Assembly: GCA_026387175.1 (NCBI GenBank)
Contig: JAPLME010000011.1
Coordinates: 129,856-193,855, forward strand
Length of the DNA stretch: 64,000 bases
From: Candidatus Omnitrophota bacterium
Lineage (GTDB): Bacteria > Omnitrophota > Gorgyraeia > 2-01-FULL-45-10
Reading direction: 5' to 3'
Shown here: piece after piece, positions 8,428 through 17,133 of the stretch
Layout: each line of letters starts with the position of its first letter
How positions within the stretch are numbered: position 1 is the stretch's first letter
The notes under the pieces: model-generated
Seen by the model: only the letters and a program-made list of their open reading frames with translations
Database searches by the model: none
Told to the model about the DNA's origin: nothing
Program-made: the position numbers and the translations under genes

Positions 8428-9614
8428 GCGATAATAGATCGACGATACCTGTAGGACCATACCATCCGCTCCAGGAAGAGCCGGAGTTCTGGAAACTCAT
8501 CGTGGACGGCGAGACTGTGGTCGACGTAGATGTCAGGATCGGCTATAATCACCGCGGCATAGAGAAGATTTCGGAGTCGAAGAGCTTCGACCAGTCGCTC
8601 TTCATAGTGGAGAGGATATGCGGGATATGTTCTTCGAGCCATCCGATCGCTTGCGCTCAGGCGATAGAGGACATCTGTAATATCGAGGTGCCCGAAAGAG
8701 CGCTATACATAAGGACGATCACGCAGGAGCTCGAGAGGATACATTCGCATATGCTGTGGCTGGGATTAGCGGGCCACTTCATCGGATATAATACGGTATT
8801 TATGTGGGGGTGGAAGTACAGGGAGCCGATATGCGATATCATGGAGACCATAACCGGCAACCGCCAGAATTACGCTATGCACAAAGTCGGCGGGGTCAGG
8901 CGCGATATTGAAAAGGAGCACGTATCTTACATATTGACCAGGCTCGATGAATTTTTAAAACAGCTGGATATGCTGAAGGGCGCGATCCTGGATGATCCCG
9001 TCCTCCACGCGCGGTTAAAAGGCGTCGGGATACTGACGAGAGAAGCCGCGATAGAGTATTCAGCCCTTGGCCCGGTGGCCAGGGCCTCAGGCGTCGACAT
9101 AGACGTAAGGCGCGACCATCCGTATGGCGTATACAGTAAATTGAAATGGAACGTTATCACGCAAGACGAAGGCGACGTTTTCGCTAAGGCGGTAGTGAGG
9201 ATACTCGAGATGTTCGAATCCGCCAGTATCGTGAGACAGTGCCTCGATAAGATGCCGGAGGGCCCGATAGATTCGAAACCGAAGGATATAACGCCGGGCG
9301 AGGGCATCGGAGTGATAGAAGCCCCGAGAGGCGAATGTTTCCATTATGTAAAGTGCGACGGCACAAACTCGCCTGTCCGCCACAAGATCCGCGCCCCAAC
9401 CTATATGAACTTTCCGACATTCAGGGAGACGGTCGTGGGCCAGACGGTATCGGACGCCACTATAATAATGGCGTCGATAGACCCTTGCTATTGCTGTACG
9501 GAGAGAATGGCTATCGTGGATACAAATGATAAAGAGCTGCTGAAAGCAGAAGATCTGATCAGGCTTTCGCAGGAGAAGACGCGCAGGATAAAAGAAAAGC
9601 TCGGGGTAAAATAA
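8424..9614 (+). CDS. Group-4 [NiFe]-hydrogenase large (catalytic) subunit (NuoD/HycE/EchE/MbhL-like). It carries a C-terminal extension.
   Basis: The N-terminal Ni-Fe ligand motif 'RICGICSSSH' and the C-terminal 'DPCYCCTER' motif are present. About 35 aa follow the C-terminal motif, consistent with processing by the HycI protease encoded downstream. Confidence 0.85.
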   Translation: MSDNRSTIPVGPYHPLQEEPEFWKLIVDGETVVDVDVRIGYNHRGIEKISESKSFDQSLFIVERICGICSSSHPIACAQAIEDICNIEVPERALYIRTITQELERIHSHMLWLGLAGHFIGYNTVFMWGWKYREPICDIMETITGNRQNYAMHKVGGVRRDIEKEHVSYILTRLDEFLKQLDMLKGAILDDPVLHARLKGVGILTREAAIEYSALGPVARASGVDIDVRRDHPYGVYSKLKWNVITQDEGDVFAKAVVRILEMFESASIVRQCLDKMPEGPIDSKPKDITPGEGIGVIEAPRGECFHYVKCDGTNSPVRHKIRAPTYMNFPTFRETVVGQTVSDATIIMASIDPCYCCTERMAIVDTNDKELLKAEDLIRLSQEKTRRIKEKLGVK

Positions 9615-9618
9615 GAGA

Positions 9619-11424
9619 ATGTTCAACAACCCGCTTTTAATACTGGTAACGGCGCCGATCGCGGCAGGTTTTCTCGCCCTCGCTGCGACTGACAGGTTTA
9701 AGACTGCCGCGAAACTTTTGGCGGGTATCGTCACGGCCGCCTGCCTTGCCGGCAGTATACACATTTTCATTAAAAAACCGGTCAGCTGGTATTGTCTCGA
9801 CGCGGTCATCTTACGCGCCGATAATCTCTCCGCTTTCATCGCTATGGCGGTCAGCTTATTTGCCTTTCTTATAACGGTATATTCGTTCGGTTTTACGGAG
9901 AGATTGTTCGGCAGATATTTCGGTTATCTCTTGATGACATTGGGCGCGTCATTGGGTGTCTTATTCGCCAATAACTTTATTGTCATGATCGTCTTCTGGG
10001 GATTTCTGGCGTTGATGCTCTACTTGCTGGTCAACCTGGAGGGGACGCAAGAAGCGGCCCTCTCAAGCCGCAAGGCGCTCGTCATCATCGGCGGGACAGA
10101 CGCTGTAATGATATTAGGTATAGCGCTGATATGGTCTGTCACGGGGACTCTCTCGATGGATAAGGTGCGTCTTCCTATGACAAACGCGCTTACCTACATC
10201 GCGTATTTTTCGATAGTGATGGCGAGTTTCGCGAAGGCGGGAGCGATGCCGTTCCACTCATGGCTTCCCGATGTGGCAGAGGATGCAGCAGCTTCCGTAT
10301 CCGCGTACCTGCCGGCTTCGCTCGATAAGCTACTGGGTATATACCTTCTCGCGCGTGCGTCACTTGATCTCTTTATCACGACGAAAGCGTCTAACCTTGT
10401 GCTCGTGATGGTAGGGGCATTCACGATAATAATGGCTGTAATGATGGCGCTAGTTCAGCATAATTATAAGAGGCTGCTCGGATATCATGCTGTTTCTCAG
10501 GTAGGATACATGATCCTCGGCATAGGCACCGGCACGGCGGTAGGTATTGCGGGCGGACTTTTTCACATGCTCAATAACGCGATCTATAAATCCTGCCTTT
10601 TCCTTACAGCCGGCGCAGTAGAAAAGAGAACGAAGACTATGGACCTTGATAAGCTGGGCGGACTTGCGAAATTCATGCCGCTGACGTTTATAGCTTGTCT
10701 TGTAGCGTCGCTTTCCATATCGGGCATACCGCCGTTCAACGGCTTCGTCTCCAAGTGGATGATATATCAGGGTATTATCGAATCTGCCGGATCCGGCGGT
10801 AAACTCTGGGTGGTGTGGCTAAGCGCGGCAATGTTCGGAAGCGCGCTCACGATAGCAAGTTTCATGAAGCTTCTGCATGCGGCCTTCCTGGGGCGCTGCT
10901 CGGACGGTGTTAAGGATGTCCGTGAAGTCTCGCCGTCGATGTATATTCCGATGCTTATGCTGGCCGCGATATGCGTCCTCTTCGGCGTATTCGCTTTCCA
11001 GCTGCCGATCCCGTTATTCATAGTGCCTTCCATAGCAGGGAGCTTAGCATATATAGGGACGTGGGGCTCGATACTCGCCACGGTGCTTATCTTAGCGGGA
11101 TTGGTATTGGGTCTCTTTATATATTGGCTGTTGAAGTCCGGAAGCTTCCGGGTTGTCGATAACTTCGTGGGCGGGACGCCTTCGGAAAAATTGCCCCGCA
11201 TCTCCGGAACGGAGTTTTATAATACGATAAAAGATATAGCGCCCATAGGCAGGATATATAAGGAAGAAGAGTCCGGGAATCTGGATCTTTATAACGTCGG
11301 CCTTAAAGCGGTTAACTTTTTCACAGCGCCGCTCCGGCGCCTGCATAACGGAGTGCTGCCGACTTATCTGGTCTGGTGTTTCCTGGGCATGATAGCGATG
11401 TTTCTGTTTCTAGTAGTAAGATAG
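9619..11424 (+). CDS. MrpA/NuoL/MbhH-family antiporter-like membrane subunit (601 aa).
   Basis: 'HSWLPDVAEDAAASVSAY' and 'HAVSQVGYM' motifs place it in the proton-pumping complex I subunit 5 / Mrp family. Confidence 0.8.
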   Translation: MFNNPLLILVTAPIAAGFLALAATDRFKTAAKLLAGIVTAACLAGSIHIFIKKPVSWYCLDAVILRADNLSAFIAMAVSLFAFLITVYSFGFTERLFGRYFGYLLMTLGASLGVLFANNFIVMIVFWGFLALMLYLLVNLEGTQEAALSSRKALVIIGGTDAVMILGIALIWSVTGTLSMDKVRLPMTNALTYIAYFSIVMASFAKAGAMPFHSWLPDVAEDAAASVSAYLPASLDKLLGIYLLARASLDLFITTKASNLVLVMVGAFTIIMAVMMALVQHNYKRLLGYHAVSQVGYMILGIGTGTAVGIAGGLFHMLNNAIYKSCLFLTAGAVEKRTKTMDLDKLGGLAKFMPLTFIACLVASLSISGIPPFNGFVSKWMIYQGIIESAGSGGKLWVVWLSAAMFGSALTIASFMKLLHAAFLGRCSDGVKDVREVSPSMYIPMLMLAAICVLFGVFAFQLPIPLFIVPSIAGSLAYIGTWGSILATVLILAGLVLGLFIYWLLKSGSFRVVDNFVGGTPSEKLPRISGTEFYNTIKDIAPIGRIYKEEESGNLDLYNVGLKAVNFFTAPLRRLHNGVLPTYLVWCFLGMIAMFLFLVVR

Positions 11425-11434
11425 AGGATATCAA

Positions 11435-11971
11435 GTGGAGATAAATCTTTTACTGTTATTCATGATAGCAGCGGCTGTGATCGCGGTCGCGGTTAAGGAC
11501 CTTCTCTCGAGCGTTATAGCGGTGGGGGCGGTCGGCATAGGACTATCGATGGCATTCCTTGTAATGAAGGCGCCCGACCTGGCCATCATGCAGCTCGTCG
11601 TCGAGATCCTCAGCCTGATAATACTTATCCGCGCTACCATAAGAAAGGACCTTCCTTTCAGCACGTCAGGCAGATGGGCCTTTAATACGGTCTCCACGGT
11701 TATTTTTCTGGCGGTCTTCCTGGCCTTCGCGTATTTTTCATTTGCCGGCATACATAAGTTCGGCAGCCCGCTTATGAGGGTATCACAGGAATATTTGAGC
11801 CAGGCTCAGGCGAGGACGGGGATCCAAAATGTTATAGCGGCGATAACGCTTAATTACCGCGCGATCGATACGCTCGGCGAGGCTGCGGCGCTCTTTACGG
11901 CAGTTGTCGGCGTTCTGACCGTTGCGCGTAAAATCTGGCGAAGGGAAGACGCTAAATATGAATCCCGTTAA
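11435..11971 (+). CDS. MrpB-like (DUF4040 / MnhB N-terminal type) membrane protein.
   Basis: Small hydrophobic protein inside the Mrp block. The assignment rests on its position and hydropathy. Confidence 0.5.
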   Translation: MEINLLLLFMIAAAVIAVAVKDLLSSVIAVGAVGIGLSMAFLVMKAPDLAIMQLVVEILSLIILIRATIRKDLPFSTSGRWAFNTVSTVIFLAVFLAFAYFSFAGIHKFGSPLMRVSQEYLSQAQARTGIQNVIAAITLNYRAIDTLGEAAALFTAVVGVLTVARKIWRREDAKYESR

Positions 11972-12368
11972 ATCACCTGAGAAGGGGATGACGCTGATAG
12001 TAAAGGCGGTGACGAAGCTTACGCTCGGTTTCATCCTCCTATACGGCATATATATAACGTTGAACGGCCATATAGCTCCCGGCGGCGGGTTTGTCGGAGG
12101 AGTTATAATGGCGCTCGCGCTCGTCCATATAATGCTCGCTTTCGGCAAGGAGATATCTCTGAAATGGCTGCATGCTTATACCTTGCGGATAACCATGGCT
12201 GCCGCGGTACTCTTATTTTTATGCGGGGTCATGCTGGGATATCCGAAATGGATATTTAAGAATGAATTTGTTCTGCCTCTTTGCGAGATGGTCATTGTGG
12301 GCGCGGGGCTTTTTGCCATATTCGTAGCGTTGGTGCTGGCTTCAAAAACGGATAAACAAGCGGAGTAG
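11958..12368 (+). CDS. mrpB: MrpB/MnhB Na+/H+ antiporter subunit B.
   Basis: Contains the 'HIAPGGGFVGGVIMA' MnhB signature. The start is taken at the ATG at 11958. The ORF track's upstream extension from 11922 is unlikely. Confidence 0.7.
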   Translation: MNPVKSPEKGMTLIVKAVTKLTLGFILLYGIYITLNGHIAPGGGFVGGVIMALALVHIMLAFGKEISLKWLHAYTLRITMAAAVLLFLCGVMLGYPKWIFKNEFVLPLCEMVIVGAGLFAIFVALVLASKTDKQAE

Positions 12369-12379
12369 GGAATTAAGAT

Positions 12380-12718
12380 ATGATCACATATTTCTTATGT
12401 CTGGTCCTCTTTGCGATAGGGCTATTCTGCGTTGTCAGGAAGAGGAATATTATAAAGATAATCATAGGTATAGGTATCATGGAATATGCCATCAATCTCT
12501 TCTTCGTCCTGGTGGGCTATCGCACTCATGGCCGCTCGCCGATATTCGCGCGCGACCAGATGGTTACCAATATGGTCGATCCCCTGCCGCAGTCGGTGGC
12601 GCTTACAGCGATCGTGATCAGCCTTTCCGTTACGCTGATGCTGGTGGCTGTCGCGATAAGGATCTATGAGAGATACGGCACATTTGACATAACGAAGATA
12701 AACAGGCTAAAAGGATAG
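12380..12718 (+). CDS. mrpC: MrpC/MnhC (NuoK-like) subunit.
   Basis: Three-helix 112-aa protein with 'DPLPQSVALTAIVI'. Confidence 0.75.
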   Translation: MITYFLCLVLFAIGLFCVVRKRNIIKIIIGIGIMEYAINLFFVLVGYRTHGRSPIFARDQMVTNMVDPLPQSVALTAIVISLSVTLMLVAVAIRIYERYGTFDITKINRLKG

Positions 12719-12720
12719 CG

Positions 12721-14214
12721 ATGGCACCATTTTTTCTAATAATACCTCTTGCTGCAGCGTTCATAATGACGCTTATATCAAGGACGGACGAGCGCATCAG
12801 GGACGTTTTTGCTATCCTTGTGGCTATTTCACTTCCGGTGCTGTCCATATTAACATTGATGAAGGTGGCAATACCTGCGGGCTCCGTTCTTGTCCATAGG
12901 ATGTCGGGTTTCATGCCGCCGGCAGGGATAGCTTTTGTCGTCGACGGCCTCTCGGCCTTCATGCTCGTCACCGTGAACTCGGTCGCGCTCTTTGTGATCG
13001 TCTATTCGTCCGGCTACATGAAGAAGTATACCGACAAATGGAAATTCTATGCGTTATTCTTCATGATGATCTCCGGAATAAACGGTGTCCTGATAGCTTC
13101 AGATATATTCAACCTGTATGTATTTATGGAGATCGCGGCTATAGCGGCGTACTTCCTTGTGGCGTTCGGCACAGGGGCGGAGGAACTCGAGGCCTCATTC
13201 AAGTATGCGATAATGGGCACCGTCGCCTCCGCGTTCATATTGCTGGGCATAGCCTTCCTCTATGGCTACACTTCGACGCTTAATATGATGGATATGGCTT
13301 CTGTGATATCGACGCTGCCCCAGGTGCGGACCATACAATTTATCAGTGTGCTCTTTCTTATGGGCTTCGGCCTTAAAGCGGCGCTGGTGCCATTCCACGC
13401 ATGGCTTGCGTATGCGCACTCATCTGCTCCGGCACCGGTATCCGCGATGCTGTCGGGCGTCCTGATAAAAGCCCTCGGTATATATGCCATAGCGAGGATA
13501 TTCTTCAGCGTCTTCGGTATGAGCGCCGAGATCTGCCAGATACTCATTGCGCTTGGCGTGCTCTCTATGATCGTCGGGGCCATACTCGCGTTCGGCCAGT
13601 CGGATATTAAAAAAATCTTCGCGTATTCTACAGTGAGCCAGATAGGATATATCTCTCTGGCGTTGGGAGTGGCTACGCCGCTCGCGTTCGTCGGGGCGAT
13701 CTTCCACCTATTTAACCATAGTGCGGTCAAATCTCTTCTGTTCCTGAATTCAGGCTCGATAGAACACATGACAGGGACCAGGGAGCTTAGCAGGATATCG
13801 GGTGTGGTTAAAAACGCGCCGGTTACCGGCTATACGACGCTTTTGGGAGCTCTATCGATCTCAGGCGTGCCGCCATTCGGCGGGTTCTGGTCGAAGCTCA
13901 TAATAATATTCGCCTGTATCCAGGCGGGCCATCCGTTTCTTGCCCTCATCGCCGTTCTGGTAAGCGTTATGACACTGGCTTATTATTTTGTCTCGATGAC
14001 GGGCGTCCTTTTCGGAGTCAAAGCGGATGCCGCAGGTTTCGTGAATAAGATCCATCCGGCGATGAAGGCCGGTGTCATTGCCATGGCCCTTATAGTGCTC
14101 TTTGCGCCGCTTGCGCTTCTTCCGGATGTTAAAAAGATATTGATTGACGGCGCGGTCTCGGTCCTCGTAAACGGAAGGGCTTACGCGGATATGATGCTTG
14201 GAGCGATTAAATGA
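12721..14214 (+). CDS. mrpD: MrpD/NuoN/NuoM-family antiporter-like subunit.
   Basis: 14-TM protein with 'PFHAWLAYAHSSAPAPVSA' and 'STVSQIGYI' motifs. Confidence 0.8.
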   Translation: MAPFFLIIPLAAAFIMTLISRTDERIRDVFAILVAISLPVLSILTLMKVAIPAGSVLVHRMSGFMPPAGIAFVVDGLSAFMLVTVNSVALFVIVYSSGYMKKYTDKWKFYALFFMMISGINGVLIASDIFNLYVFMEIAAIAAYFLVAFGTGAEELEASFKYAIMGTVASAFILLGIAFLYGYTSTLNMMDMASVISTLPQVRTIQFISVLFLMGFGLKAALVPFHAWLAYAHSSAPAPVSAMLSGVLIKALGIYAIARIFFSVFGMSAEICQILIALGVLSMIVGAILAFGQSDIKKIFAYSTVSQIGYISLALGVATPLAFVGAIFHLFNHSAVKSLLFLNSGSIEHMTGTRELSRISGVVKNAPVTGYTTLLGALSISGVPPFGGFWSKLIIIFACIQAGHPFLALIAVLVSVMTLAYYFVSMTGVLFGVKADAAGFVNKIHPAMKAGVIAMALIVLFAPLALLPDVKKILIDGAVSVLVNGRAYADMMLGAIK

Positions 14215-14717
14215 TATTTAACGGTATTCTATTTATTCTCTGGTTCGCTGTATGGATGCTGCTATCGTGGCCGCCCGACGCGAAAAATATTATATCAGGC
14301 GTCCTGGTTTCATTATTTGTTACATTCATGACGAGCGATATCATGCATGTAGGGAGCGCCAAAGAGAGAAGAGCTATAACTTTTTTAGGGCGTCTGGCAT
14401 GTCTGGGGTGGTTCATCTATTACATCTTTGTCTTCCTATGGGAATGCTTTAAGGCTAATATCGATGTCGCTTACAGGGTTATACATCCGGATCTTCCCAT
14501 ATCCCCCGGCACGATAAAAGTCAAAGTCGCCCTCAAGAGCGATATAGGCCTGACATTCCTGGCAAACTCCATAACGCTCACTCCCGGTACGACAAGCGTC
14601 GATGTGGATAAGGAACAGGGTTACCTCTATGTACATATGTTATGTGTGAAGGAAGACCGCGGCAGGCTTAAGATAGTAGATAAATTTGAAAATATACTAA
14701 AGAGGATATTCGAATAA
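14211..14717 (+). CDS. mrpE: MrpE/MnhE subunit.
   Basis: 'ITLTPGTTSVD' is the MnhE signature. Confidence 0.7.
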   Translation: MIFNGILFILWFAVWMLLSWPPDAKNIISGVLVSLFVTFMTSDIMHVGSAKERRAITFLGRLACLGWFIYYIFVFLWECFKANIDVAYRVIHPDLPISPGTIKVKVALKSDIGLTFLANSITLTPGTTSVDVDKEQGYLYVHMLCVKEDRGRLKIVDKFENILKRIFE

Positions 14718-14721
14718 ATTT

Positions 14722-15081
14722 ATGAAGAGGCTTCACTACTTTGCGGGGCTGATAGCCATTATCATAGTTACGGCCGTCATACTCTTCTGTCCGATCGGAT
14801 CGAGCCTCAGGTGGCAGTCGGGATTCCTGGGCCGCGCGTTTTTATGGCTACTGGTTTCCGCAAGCCTGTGCTTATACAGGGTTATGCGGGGCCCGACGGC
14901 TCCGGACAGGGTCGTGGCGATAGATATACTGGGCATTCTGATCGTGGGATTTTGCGCGCTATTAAGCATCGCTACCGGGAGGGATTGGTATCTGGATATA
15001 GGCATAGCGTGGGCGCTTCAGAGTTTTATCGGTATAATGGCCCTATCCAAATACCTGGAAGGAAAAGATTTCGATGAATAA
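14722..15081 (+). CDS. mrpF: MrpF/MnhF subunit.
   Basis: 'MRGPTAPDRVVAID' is the MnhF signature. Confidence 0.7.
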   Translation: MKRLHYFAGLIAIIIVTAVILFCPIGSSLRWQSGFLGRAFLWLLVSASLCLYRVMRGPTAPDRVVAIDILGILIVGFCALLSIATGRDWYLDIGIAWALQSFIGIMALSKYLEGKDFDE

Positions 15082-15409
15082 TACAGCAGGCATTATATTG
15101 ATCGTTGTCGGGCTTATATTCGATTTTTTCGGATGCCTGGGGCTGATACGCTTTCCTGATGTCTATAATCGCCTTCAGGCCGCGACCAAGTGTATTACTC
15201 TCGGTACGTGCGGTATACTCTTAGGGCTGGTATGCTTTAAAGGGCTTTCCGCCACCGGCATAAAAGCGCTGCTCTGTCTCATATTCATAATACTTACCGC
15301 TCCGGTCTCTGCCCATGCGCTTGCGAGAGCGGCATACCGCTCCGGCGTGAAACCCTGGGCGGGTACGGTCGTTGACGAGTACGGTAAGGATATGGATAAA
15401 ATCGGGTGA
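15074..15409 (+). CDS. mrpG: MrpG/MnhG subunit.
   Basis: 'GLIRFPDVYNRLQAATK' is the MnhG signature. Confidence 0.7.
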   Translation: MNNTAGIILIVVGLIFDFFGCLGLIRFPDVYNRLQAATKCITLGTCGILLGLVCFKGLSATGIKALLCLIFIILTAPVSAHALARAAYRSGVKPWAGTVVDEYGKDMDKIG

Positions 15410-15416
15410 GGTGACT

Positions 15417-16019
15417 ATGAATAAAGAAGAGATACGCGAACAGGTCATAGTTATGGCGGATAAGGCTTATCAGATGCTGGAGTTTGTGGAGAAGGGATTT
15501 ATGGAGCATAAGACCGAATTTCTGACCGGCGCGATGGAGCGGGAGAGGGAGCTCAATGAGATGGAGAAGTCCCTCACCCAGAATGTGCTCGATCTTTCGA
15601 AGTCAGCCAAATCCGATAAAGAGAAGAAAGAGCTCGTTATTTTGGAGCAGGTTACCGAGACGCTTGAGAGGATGGGCGATGAGGCCGCGAACCTGGTGGA
15701 GAGGATCGAGATAAAGAACGCCGAGCACCTCCTTTTTAGCGACCTGGGCGTGGCGCAGTTCAATGAGACATATGGCGTTATGAAAAAGTCCGCCGATATG
15801 ATGCGCACCTTTTTGAAAGGCAGGAGCGAGGAATTAAAGGACCGCGTGGTGGATAATGGATTCCAGGTCAAGGCGCTTGTCCAGCGCTACAGGGAAGAAC
15901 ATATGGAACGTCTTGTAAGGGGTATATGCACGCCGATAGCGGCCAACATGTATTTCGACATGCTGGATTTCACCGGTAACCTGGCGCGGCACGCTTCGGC
16001 AATCGTTAAATTATTCTAA
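15417..16019 (+). CDS. PhoU-like / DUF47-like regulatory protein embedded in the hydrogenase operon.
   Basis: A GGTGAGGTGA RBS precedes the ATG at 15417. The protein is an all-helical, coiled-coil-rich ~200 aa with PhoU-like periodicity. The family call is tentative. Confidence 0.4.
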   Translation: MNKEEIREQVIVMADKAYQMLEFVEKGFMEHKTEFLTGAMERERELNEMEKSLTQNVLDLSKSAKSDKEKKELVILEQVTETLERMGDEAANLVERIEIKNAEHLLFSDLGVAQFNETYGVMKKSADMMRTFLKGRSEELKDRVVDNGFQVKALVQRYREEHMERLVRGICTPIAANMYFDMLDFTGNLARHASAIVKLF

Positions 16020-16030
16020 GGCGGTAATAT

Positions 16031-16648
16031 ATGAAGTATCCTAAGCTGAGGGAATTGAAAGAGGCGATCATCGCGCTTGTGAAAGGGCCCTACACCTCCG
16101 ATTATCCTTCGGAGCCGCATCACCCCGCGAAGAGATTTCGCGGAAAGCCGGAATATTCGAATGAAGGCTGCATAGCCTGCACCGCCTGCGCCGCCGTATG
16201 TCCGGTGAGGGCAATCGAATTCCGGGATGTCGTTACTAAAAATAAGGCTACAAGGAAGATGATGCTGCATCTGGACGAGTGCCATTACTGCGGCCAGTGC
16301 AGCGCTCTTTGCACCACGCGTGAGGATGTCCCACCCGGTATAAAGCATACCACCGAGTTCGATCTTGCGGGTTTCGACCGCGCCTCGATGATCTCGGCTA
16401 CCGATGAAAAAGAGCTGGCGTTATGTGAAATATGCGGCGATGTCATTACCGCTAAGGCCCACCTGGCCTGGATCGCCAAAAAACTCGGCCCGCTCGCGTT
16501 CTCGAACCCCACTCTATTCATATCGTCCCTTAAAGGGATGGGATTTGCCGAAGATGTCGCTCAAGGTGCTAAAGAATATGTCTTAAGATCCGACAGGATC
16601 AAGATCCTCTGCTCAAAATGCAGAAGGGTAACGACCATTGAACGATAG
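16031..16648 (+). CDS. NuoI/EchF/MbhN-like 2x[4Fe-4S] subunit.
   Basis: Two ferredoxin-type cluster motifs, 'CIACTACAAVCP' and 'CHYCGQCSALC', and a position consistent with MbhN. Confidence 0.75.
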   Translation: MKYPKLRELKEAIIALVKGPYTSDYPSEPHHPAKRFRGKPEYSNEGCIACTACAAVCPVRAIEFRDVVTKNKATRKMMLHLDECHYCGQCSALCTTREDVPPGIKHTTEFDLAGFDRASMISATDEKELALCEICGDVITAKAHLAWIAKKLGPLAFSNPTLFISSLKGMGFAEDVAQGAKEYVLRSDRIKILCSKCRRVTTIER

Positions 16649-17132
16649 TAAACCCGAACTCCACGATCTAAAAGCGGAACTAAATAACCGGATAAAGGGC
16701 AGGGTCACGATAGCCGGCATAGGCAATATAATGCGCGGCGATGACGGGCTGGGCCCGAAGCTCATCGAATTATTAAAGGCCCGCAACGTCAACGCGGGCC
16801 TCTTCGATTGCGGTACGGCGCCTGAGAACTATATATTCCCGATGCTTAAGAGCCTGTGCGACACGCTTATACTCGTGGATGCCGCTGATATGTCTCTCGA
16901 GCCGGGCGCCTCCAGAGTTCTCGACGTAGATAATATCGTGAATATCAGTTTCTCCACTCACAGCCCGTCTCCCAGGCTCTTCATAGACCTTCTGAAGATG
17001 GGCAGGGAAGACCTTAATATCTTCATAATATCCGTTCAGCCCAAAAATACGTCTTTAGGGATCCCGTTGAGCGAAGAGGTGCTTAAGGGGCTCGAAGCAC
17101 TGACGGGCGTTATTTTAGAAACCTTAACCTGA
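16638..17132 (+). CDS. hycI: Hydrogenase maturation endopeptidase (HycI/HyaD family). TTG start.
   Basis: 'IAGIGNIMRGDDGLGPK' is the GxGNxxxxDDGxG protease signature. Confidence 0.75.
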   Translation: MNDSKPELHDLKAELNNRIKGRVTIAGIGNIMRGDDGLGPKLIELLKARNVNAGLFDCGTAPENYIFPMLKSLCDTLILVDAADMSLEPGASRVLDVDNIVNISFSTHSPSPRLFIDLLKMGREDLNIFIISVQPKNTSLGIPLSEEVLKGLEALTGVILETLT

Positions 17133-17133
17133 T

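Noticed and set aside
9087-9839. A 250-aa minus-strand ORF and other antisense ORFs inside the hydrogenase operon (e.g. 4962-5639, 13266-13769, 10767-11201).
   Set aside because: They overlap strongly motif-supported plus-strand hydrogenase and Mrp genes and carry no recognisable domains.
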